A stretch of 64,000 bases of DNA, taken from positions 205,085-269,084 of the forward strand of contig CAYNID010000001.1 in assembly GCA_964397425.1 (NCBI GenBank), read 5' to 3'. Of the stretch, positions 57,169 through 64,000 are shown one piece after another. Made by a program: the position numbers and the translations under genes. Below the pieces are notes generated by a model, which was not told the origin of the DNA, did no database searches, and saw nothing but the letters and a program-made list of their open reading frames with translations. Numbering within the stretch: the first letter of the stretch is position 1; each line of letters begins with the position of its first letter. Origin of the DNA: an uncultured Fibrobacter sp. (GTDB lineage: Bacteria; Fibrobacterota; Fibrobacteria; Fibrobacterales; Fibrobacteraceae).

Positions 57169-59335
57169 GACATTCATTGTTGCATTCTTTTTATCGACGG
57201 TCGCCTTTGCGGCGAATTCCGCCATCATCACACTGGAAATGCCTGTCGGCGCCCGGCAATTGGGCATGGGCGAAACCGGAGTCGCGGTGGCGGATGACGC
57301 TTCGGCGCTTTACTACAACCCGGCAGGGCTAGCCTTTGGCCCTCTCGCGAACGAGTGGGAGTTGTCGTTAGAAAAGAAATCTTCGACTGGTCCCGCTTTT
57401 ACAAAGCTCGCGGCGAAGAACCGCGCCGGTTTCTTTGAAAAGAGCGAAATCTGGGCGGGGACGAACAGCGGCATTTTGCATTACGACGGAGAACACTGGT
57501 CGGATTACCGAACGGTCACGTTGGAAGGCCAGGAGAAAATCCGGGATGCAGTTCGCGTCTTTGCCGGAACAGAAGCGGGACTTGACGAATACACGCGAAA
57601 AGTCAAACAGTTCAACGATGTGCAAAACGAAATCGACGAATCGTATGTCCGCGATGTCAAAATTCCGTGGAATCTGGTCGTCGGCGATACGGTGACCGCC
57701 TTGCTTTACGATGTCCGCACGGAAAAACTTTGGGTGGGAACGCCGAAGGGGCTTTTCCGTTTTGACGGCAAAACGTGGAAGAATTACGCGCAGGAATTGG
57801 GAACGCTCCGAATCACTTCGCTTTCGAATCAGGGGGCGACTCTTTGGATTGGAACGGATAACGGCTTGTATTCATACAGGAACGGCGTCGTGGAGCGGAA
57901 AGGAAAAGTGCTCCCCAGTCAAAAAATCAACGCGCTGGCGTGGTCGGAGTTCAAAGGGGAACTTTATGTGGCTGTCGACGGGGCGGGAATCGCCCGCCTT
58001 GTCCCCAAAAAAGGTTCGAGTTCCAAAGACCGTTGGAGCCTCTTCAATGAAGAAGACGGCATCATGGATTTGCACGCAACTGCTCTCGTTGTCGATTCTT
58101 CGGGGCACGTGTGGGCGGCGCATCAGGGAGGCCTTTCGCATTTCAACTTGCGCAAATGGGAACAGGTGAAGTTCGAAAGCAATACGGTGCACGACCTTTC
58201 CGTGGCGCGGGACGGAGCCGTTTGGATTGCGACGGACAAAGGCGTTTGGCGGCATTTGCCCGATTACGCGACTTCGTCGGGGAAAAAGGCGGAATTGGAA
58301 CGCAAACCGGAAGAGCGCGGAAACCAACGTTCGGAAGACGAGTGGGAACATTTCCATTCGGGAAACGGGCTTTCTTCGAACCGTGTCTTTGCCGTCTTGC
58401 CGCAGGCGAATGACGTTTGGTTCAGCACAAGTTCGGGCATTGAACGGTACAAGGATGCCGATTACCAGCTGACGTTCTTTTACGAAAAGCTCCTTCCGGT
58501 TTTGAACATTCCCGATCTGTACCATCTGTTCGCCGGGATGACTATCCCTCTCGCGGAATGGGGAACTTTGGGCGTGTCGGTGAATTTTGTCTCGTTCGGA
58601 GAAACCATCGTTTCGACAGACGAAGAAAGTTCCACGAATTCCAACAGTTCGGAAGTTGTCGGAGCCATCAGTTATGGAACGAAGCTCACGCCTAAAACGT
58701 CTATCGGTCTTTCCATTAAATTTTTCTACTCGGATTTGAGTTCGGGAGCGTCTACCAGCGGAGACGAAGCGACGACATTCAGTTATGCTTTTGATGTGGG
58801 GCTTTTGCGCAAAGACTTTTTAATCAGGGATTTGAACGCGGCCCTTGTGCTGGCGAACATCGGCCCGAGCGTTTATTACACGGACAAATCCGATCAAGAT
58901 CCGATTCCGCTGACTTGGCGGCTTGGGCTTTCTTATGAAATTTTCAACACGCTGGATCACCGTTTGCTGATTGCCGCTGATTACAACCGCACTGTGGTTT
59001 ATGATGATGACAAGGGTGATCCGGAACCGTTTTACAACGCCATGTGGAAAAGCTTGATTCATCCGGAACTGGGTGGCCACGGGGCGGAACGGTTCAAGAA
59101 TTCCTTGTTGCAGGGCATTTTCAATGTCGGCGCGGAATACACGTATTCCAATACAGTCGCCGTCCGCATCGGGTATCTTTACGACAAGACCGGAAAGAGA
59201 AACGAAGTGGATTTGGGCCTTGGCGTGATGCTTTCTGACGTTCTCGAATTCGATATTGCGACCATCAAGGATGTCGGCGACAACGATGGCGTCCGGGATG
59301 GACAGATGCGATTCGGGATGGTTTTCAAGTTCTGA
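57161..59335 (+). CDS. PorV/PorQ-family outer-membrane barrel with inserted beta-propeller
   Basis: L...GAR..GMG..GVA...DA....YNPA hatch; repeated LW.GT..GL blades; C-terminal barrel ending in F. TTG start at 57161 with GGAG upstream. Confidence 0.8.
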   Translation: MRKTFIVAFFLSTVAFAANSAIITLEMPVGARQLGMGETGVAVADDASALYYNPAGLAFGPLANEWELSLEKKSSTGPAFTKLAAKNRAGFFEKSEIWAGTNSGILHYDGEHWSDYRTVTLEGQEKIRDAVRVFAGTEAGLDEYTRKVKQFNDVQNEIDESYVRDVKIPWNLVVGDTVTALLYDVRTEKLWVGTPKGLFRFDGKTWKNYAQELGTLRITSLSNQGATLWIGTDNGLYSYRNGVVERKGKVLPSQKINALAWSEFKGELYVAVDGAGIARLVPKKGSSSKDRWSLFNEEDGIMDLHATALVVDSSGHVWAAHQGGLSHFNLRKWEQVKFESNTVHDLSVARDGAVWIATDKGVWRHLPDYATSSGKKAELERKPEERGNQRSEDEWEHFHSGNGLSSNRVFAVLPQANDVWFSTSSGIERYKDADYQLTFFYEKLLPVLNIPDLYHLFAGMTIPLAEWGTLGVSVNFVSFGETIVSTDEESSTNSNSSEVVGAISYGTKLTPKTSIGLSIKFFYSDLSSGASTSGDEATTFSYAFDVGLLRKDFLIRDLNAALVLANIGPSVYYTDKSDQDPIPLTWRLGLSYEIFNTLDHRLLIAADYNRTVVYDDDKGDPEPFYNAMWKSLIHPELGGHGAERFKNSLLQGIFNVGAEYTYSNTVAVRIGYLYDKTGKRNEVDLGLGVMLSDVLEFDIATIKDVGDNDGVRDGQMRFGMVFKF

Positions 59336-59958
59336 TGCCCGCTCCCGTCAACTACCAGCGGCTGCTTGACGATATCATCCGTCGACTCGAAAAAAACGGC
59401 GAAGTTCCCTCGCTTCTGCTTCACTGTTGCTGTGCGCCGTGTTCCAGTTATGTCGTGGAATATCTTTCGAATTATTTCCACATCACGACGTTTTATTACA
59501 ACCCGAACATTTTTCCGCAAGAGGAATACGCGCATCGGGTGTCGGAACTCAAACGTTTTGTCGCGGAATTTCCGACGAAATATCCGGTGAAGTTCGTCGA
59601 AGGGACTTACGAACCGGAACGGTTTTACGCGGCGGTCAAGGGACTAGAACGGGAAAAGGAAGGCGGAGCCCGCTGCGCGAAATGTTTTGCGCTGCGCCTT
59701 GAAGAGGCCGCCAAAAAGGCGCGCGAACTCGAATGCGACTATTTCACGACGACGCTTTCCATTAGCCCGATGAAAGATGCCGCGCTGTTGAACGAAATCG
59801 GTTCCGCGATGGGAGAAAAATACGGAGTTAGGCATTTGCCGTCGAATTTCAAGCGCCGCGGCGGATTTTTGCGTTCGACCGAACTTTCCCGCGAATATGG
59901 GCTTTATCGGCAAAACTTTTGCGGATGCGTTTATTCGAAGGAAAGCTTGCAGGGCTAG
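59335..59958 (+). CDS. queH: Epoxyqueuosine reductase QueH (DUF208)
   Basis: LLLHCCCAPCS, YNPNI.P..EY..R, RC.KCF..RL, FTTTL.ISP.K, YRQ.FCGC.YS. Confidence 0.93.
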   Translation: MPAPVNYQRLLDDIIRRLEKNGEVPSLLLHCCCAPCSSYVVEYLSNYFHITTFYYNPNIFPQEEYAHRVSELKRFVAEFPTKYPVKFVEGTYEPERFYAAVKGLEREKEGGARCAKCFALRLEEAAKKARELECDYFTTTLSISPMKDAALLNEIGSAMGEKYGVRHLPSNFKRRGGFLRSTELSREYGLYRQNFCGCVYSKESLQG

Positions 59959-59962
59959 TTGT

Positions 59963-60126
59963 AATTAGGAATGAGAAATGAGGAATGAGGAATTGTGAGC
60001 GGCGGCGTGAAAATTCTTCTTGGGTGGGGTTTCACACCAAAGCCTTTTCTGCGGTATGTTGAAGTTTGCACGGTTTTGACGGCGCAGGCGAGCCGTTTTC
60101 GCTGAAGGGAAATTTGTCAAAAATTG
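59963..60126 (+). repeat. Dispersed intergenic element copy 5
   Basis: Begins 4 nt after the queH stop: AATTAGG AATGAGA AATGAGG AATGAGG AATTGTG..AAGCCTTTTCTGCGGT (16 nt identical to copy 1)..GCCGTTTTCGCTGAAGGG. Confidence 0.85.
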
Positions 60127-60234
60127 GACGGAATGATCGTGCTGTAAATCGGTGAAAAGCTTTTGTGCGCTCCAACTTTTAAGGGACAGTCTCTTTTCAA
60201 TAGTTGGAGTTTCTGAACCAATTCGGTTTATAGC

Positions 60235-60265
60235 AAAAACGCAGACTCGGACGAGTCTGCGTTTT
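60235..60265. terminator. Bidirectional intrinsic terminator (queH/thrS)
   Basis: Perfect 13-bp stem AAAACGCAGACTC-GGAC-GAGTCTGCGTTTT. Confidence 0.8.
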
Positions 60266-60330
60266 AAGTTTTCTGTCGATTGCTTCGGGGTTATTCAACC
60301 TTTGCAATGTCAAGTTTTTACAGTGCGAAA

Positions 60331-62268
60331 CTACCGCACGACTTTTCTGTCGTCTTCCGTCAGTTCCAAGAACTGGGAAACAGTCATGCTGCCCTTGTCG
60401 CCTTCTTTGCGGCGGCGAACGGATACGACATTTTCTGTCTGCTCCTTTTCTCCGACGACAAGCAAATAGGGAACTTTTTGCAGTTCGCATTGCCGGATTT
60501 TATAGCCGAGCTTTTCGTTCGATTCATCGACTTCGACGCGGAGTCCCGCTTGTTCCAATTGCCCTTTGACTTTGTTCGCGTATTCCACGAATTTTTCGGA
60601 AATGGGGAGCACGCGGGCTTGCACGGGTGCGAGCCACAGAGGGAAATCGCCCATGAATTCTTCGATTAAAATGCCGAGGAAACGTTCGATGGAACCGACA
60701 GCGGCGCGGTGCAGCATCACGGGGACGTGTTTCTGGTTGTCTTTGCCGACATATTCCGCACCCAGGCGTTGTGGCAGGTTGAAGTCTACCTGGATGGTTC
60801 CGCACTGCCAATCGCGGCCAAGGCTGTCTTTCAACGTGAATTCGAGCTTTGGGCCGTAGAAGGCGCCCTCGCCCGGATTCAAAATGTATTCCAGGCCGGC
60901 GAGCTTTGTCGCTTCGGCGAGGGCCGCTTCCGCTTTGTCCCAAATTTCATCGGAACCGACGCGTTTGGCAGGTCGAGTGGAAAATTTCACTTTCACATCG
61001 TCAAATCCGAAATCGTGGTAAATTTCCTTCACCAGGTGGCAGAAATCCGCCACTTCGTTCGCAATTTGATCTTCTGTGCAAAAGATATGGGCGTCGTCTT
61101 GGACAAAGCCGCGGACGCGCATCAGTCCGTGCATGGTTCCTGCCGGTTCGTACCGGTGGCATTTGCCAAATTCGGCAAGGCGCATGGGAAGGTCGCGCCA
61201 ACTGCGGAGTCCCGAATTGAAAATTAAAATGTGGCAGGGGCAATTCATCGGCTTGACAGCCATTTCCACATCGCCCGCGAGCGTTTTGAACATGTTCTCG
61301 TTGTATTTGTCCGCGTGCCCGGATTTTATCCAGAGAACTTTGTTCACGATTTCCGGCGTAATGACTTCTTGGTAGCCGCGGTGATCGATTTTTCCCCGGA
61401 TGTAATCCTTTAGGGCGTTCACCATTTTGGTTCCTTTGGGATGCCAGAAGACCATGCCGGGGGAATGGTCTTCAATGTGGTAAAGGTCCATTTCCTTGCC
61501 GATTTTGCGGTGGTCGCGCTTGGCTGCTTCTTCGAGGAGTTTAACATACTGCTCTAAGCCCTCTTTGTTGGCGAAGCAGGTTCCGTAAACGCGGGTCAGC
61601 TGATCGCTTTGCTGGTCTCCGTGCCAATATGCGCCAGAAGTGGAGAGGACTTTGAAGTATTTGAGCTTTCCCGTGCTGGGAACGTGAGGGCCTGCGCAAA
61701 GGTCTTCCCAGTTTTTTCCCGGTTCCCCGGTGACGTAGAAACTGATTTTGCAATCCTTGCCTTCGCGTTCAATGGCGCGTTCGGCGTTGTCGTGCTTGTA
61801 TTTGTCGCCTTCTGTGCGGACAAGGCCTTCTTCTGCGGAAACTTCGATGCGTGTGAAGGGGCGATCTTCTTTGATGATTTCCTTCATGCGGGCTTCAATC
61901 CGCGGAAAATCCTCTTCTTTGATGGGCGAAGGGGTCATCAAATCGTAATAAAATCCCTTTTCAATCGCCGGGCCGTAGGCGAGTTTTGTTCCCGGAAACA
62001 GATCGCAGATGGCTTCGGCGAGAACGTGGCAGCAGGAATGGCGGAGAAGCAGGAGCGCATCCGGGTCGTCGTTCGACGGCGTAATGATGCGGAAACTTCC
62101 ACTTTCTGTGAGGGGCCGGGAAAGGTCCAAAACTTTGTCGCCCAATTTGACGCCCAGCGCTTTGCGGGCGAGGCCTTCGGAAATTCCCTTGGCGATTTCC
62201 ATTCCAGTGATGCCCGATGCTACGGAACGTACGGAGCCATCGGGAAAGGTGAGTTCGATTTGAGACAT
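60331..62268 (-). CDS. thrS: Threonine--tRNA ligase
   Basis: TGS domain, HS..H, DLC.GPH, RDHRK.G, KPMNCP.H, RVRGF.QDDAH, GAFYGPK, QCGTIQ.DF, HRA..GS.ERF. Confidence 0.98.
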   Translation of the reverse strand: MSQIELTFPDGSVRSVASGITGMEIAKGISEGLARKALGVKLGDKVLDLSRPLTESGSFRIITPSNDDPDALLLLRHSCCHVLAEAICDLFPGTKLAYGPAIEKGFYYDLMTPSPIKEEDFPRIEARMKEIIKEDRPFTRIEVSAEEGLVRTEGDKYKHDNAERAIEREGKDCKISFYVTGEPGKNWEDLCAGPHVPSTGKLKYFKVLSTSGAYWHGDQQSDQLTRVYGTCFANKEGLEQYVKLLEEAAKRDHRKIGKEMDLYHIEDHSPGMVFWHPKGTKMVNALKDYIRGKIDHRGYQEVITPEIVNKVLWIKSGHADKYNENMFKTLAGDVEMAVKPMNCPCHILIFNSGLRSWRDLPMRLAEFGKCHRYEPAGTMHGLMRVRGFVQDDAHIFCTEDQIANEVADFCHLVKEIYHDFGFDDVKVKFSTRPAKRVGSDEIWDKAEAALAEATKLAGLEYILNPGEGAFYGPKLEFTLKDSLGRDWQCGTIQVDFNLPQRLGAEYVGKDNQKHVPVMLHRAAVGSIERFLGILIEEFMGDFPLWLAPVQARVLPISEKFVEYANKVKGQLEQAGLRVEVDESNEKLGYKIRQCELQKVPYLLVVGEKEQTENVVSVRRRKEGDKGSMTVSQFLELTEDDRKVVR

Positions 62269-62431
62269 AAAAATCCTTTGGTGGGCGGTTCTCGCCCGGT
62301 TCCCCAGAAATACGACATCTGGCGGTAGGGGAAAAGTAGAAAAGTGGCGGGGCGTTTAAAGAGTACGTTAAATTTTTTAACGAAGAAGAGGTTGGAATTT
62401 TGTATATTTGATTCAAATGGCAGGAGGTGTT

Positions 62432-62689
62432 GTGCGGAAAATCATCGCTACGAATGAAACGCTTCGTGACATTGTTGAACGGGAAATTGAAAAATATGGG
62501 AATGACGCCGATTTGAACCATATTGACGTGTCACACGTGACGAATATGTGCAGAATGTTTGCCTGTTCCGATTTTAATGGGGATGTTGGCGGTTGGGATG
62601 TTTCTCATGTGACGAAGATGAGTGAAATGTTTACAGGCTCCAAGATCACTGGTGACATCCGCAACTGGCGCCTGTTGGACGAGGAATAA
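62432..62689 (+). CDS. Short DUF285/BspA-like repeat protein
   Basis: LNHIDVSHVTNM..MF..S.FNGD...WDVS.VT.M..MF (two repeats). AGGAGG precedes GTG 62432; alternative ATG at 62417. Confidence 0.8.
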   Translation: MRKIIATNETLRDIVEREIEKYGNDADLNHIDVSHVTNMCRMFACSDFNGDVGGWDVSHVTKMSEMFTGSKITGDIRNWRLLDEE

Positions 62690-62791
62690 AAGAAAGCCGG
62701 ACTTTGAAAACAGGACTAGAGTCCCCTTCTTGCGTTTAACCTTTCCAAACGGATGGTTCAACTGTTGGAAAGGTTAAAATTCGGGGAGTAT

Positions 62792-62822
62792 TGAAAAAAC
62801 GCCTCATCGAGGCGTTTTTTCA
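62792..62822. terminator. Bidirectional intrinsic terminator downstream of murA
   Basis: Perfect 14-bp stem TGAAAAAACGCCTC-ATC-GAGGCGTTTTTTCA. Confidence 0.8.
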
Positions 62823-62835
62823 TGTTCCACAGTTT

Positions 62836-63999
62836 TCAGGTTTGGTCGTTTTGCCGGATGATTTTTCCGCCGAGTTTGGCCATTTTGGATTCAAAGTTCT
62901 CGTAACCGCGGTCTAAGTGGTAAATGCGGCTGACGCGGGTTTCGCCATCGGCGACGAGTCCTGCAATGACAAGGGCTGCCGCAGCCCTGAGGTCCGACGC
63001 CATCACGGGTGCGCCCTGGAGTTTTTCGACGCCTTTGATGGTTGCCGTGTTCCCTTCGAGGGAAATATTCGCTCCGAGCCGGTTGAGTTCGGCGACATGC
63101 TTGAAACGGTCCAGGTAAACGGTGTCGCGGATTTTGCTTTCGCCGGGAATGGTGGCGAGTACGGCCATCAGGGGAGCCTGTAAATCGGTGGGGAATCCCG
63201 GATACGGAGCCGTTTCGACGTGGACGGGTTTCAAATTGCGTTGAGACGCGTCGACTTCGGCAAAGTCTTCGCCTGTGTGGACCGTGCAACCCATCTCTTC
63301 AAAAATATCGAGCAGGGATTTGATGTGCGTGGGGTTGCAACGAGTCGCTTTGATTTTTCCCCGGCTGATGACAGCGCCGCAAAGGAAAGATCCCGCCTCG
63401 ATGCGGTCGGGAATGGTCTCGCTGAATCCCGGATGCATTTCGGGAACGCCTTGAATGACAAGCGAACGCGTTCCGCGGCCTTCAATTTTTGCCCCCATGC
63501 TTGTCAACAAATCCACCAGGGAGTCGATTTCCGGTTCAATGGCTGCGTTTTCCAGTATGCTTTCCCCTTTCGCCAAAGTCGCTGCCATCAGCACGTTCAC
63601 CGTTGCGCCGACAGAAGAAATTGGAAACCGGAAGTGCCCACCGGGAAGGGGTCCGTTGGAGGTCGCCTCCACGTAACCGTGAGAAACTTCGATGTTTGCG
63701 CCAAGGGCTTCGAGTCCTTTCAAATGGAGATCTACGGGGCGCGGCCCCCAGGCGCATCCGCCGGGGAGAGATACGCGGCACCTGCCAAATCGGGCAACGA
63801 GGGGACCCAGCACATAAAAGCTGGCTCGCATGGTGCTGACCAGTTCATAGGGCGCTTCTAAATGGTTCGCCCCGTGCGTGTCCACTTTGAATTCATGCGC
63901 TCCGCCATCGATTCGGCAGCCGATGATCCGCAAAACGTTGGACATGGTTTTGGTGTCGCGCAGGTAGGGAACGTTTGTGATGGTCGTGATCCCGTCGGC
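62836..63999 (-). CDS. murA: UDP-N-acetylglucosamine 1-carboxyvinyltransferase (5'-truncated by the window edge)
   Basis: MRAS..VLGPL, LPGGC..G.RP.D.H, SVGAT, PDRIE, PGFPTD.Q, DLRA, HLDRGY. Frame is open to the window edge. Confidence 0.97.
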   Translation of the reverse strand, partial: ADGITTITNVPYLRDTKTMSNVLRIIGCRIDGGAHEFKVDTHGANHLEAPYELVSTMRASFYVLGPLVARFGRCRVSLPGGCAWGPRPVDLHLKGLEALGANIEVSHGYVEATSNGPLPGGHFRFPISSVGATVNVLMAATLAKGESILENAAIEPEIDSLVDLLTSMGAKIEGRGTRSLVIQGVPEMHPGFSETIPDRIEAGSFLCGAVISRGKIKATRCNPTHIKSLLDIFEEMGCTVHTGEDFAEVDASQRNLKPVHVETAPYPGFPTDLQAPLMAVLATIPGESKIRDTVYLDRFKHVAELNRLGANISLEGNTATIKGVEKLQGAPVMASDLRAAAALVIAGLVADGETRVSRIYHLDRGYENFESKMAKLGGKIIRQNDQT

Positions 64000-64000
64000 A

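Noticed and set aside
62269-62400. T-box riboswitch upstream of thrS
   Set aside because: The region is too short and has no T-box consensus or terminator.
63735-63775. Fosfomycin-resistant MurA
   Set aside because: The active-site Cys (PGGCAWG) is retained.

Overview
Bacterial chromosomal window, inferred to be Fibrobacterota (Fibrobacter/Hallerella-like) from a PorV-type barrel, a T9SS-type C-terminal domain on a GH9 enzyme and a DUF285 mini-gene. It holds about 52 CDS. Housekeeping: ilvD, scpB, mutS, dut, ddh, lepB, dinG, dnaE, lpxB, nudC, recF, queH, thrS and partial murA. It also has two surface-glycan clusters (TagD/LicD/flippase; FdtA-FdtA-FdtB-GNAT-Wzx-GTs) and an ArsR-HMA-CadA metal cassette with a perfect 12-2-12 operator. 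I saw no rRNA, tRNA, CRISPR array or transposase. Most notable: (1) a dispersed ~105-200 bp intergenic element in five copies, made of an in-register heptamer array (AATTAGG/AATGAGA) plus a conserved core, usually starting at or just after a stop codon; (2) the probable 3' end of a Zorya type III defence operon at the left edge; (3) strong enrichment of the Bacteroidota O-glycosylation sequon D-(S/T)-hydrophobic in exported proteins; (4) a TFIIH p52/Tfb2-like protein downstream of an XPD-family DinG; (5) a PorV-like barrel with an inserted beta-propeller, coupled to a membrane-anchored MuF-like protein; (6) a TAnnTT promoter-like motif 4-8 nt before many SD-less start codons, suggesting leaderless mRNAs. 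All family assignments come from motif recognition by eye, not database searches.
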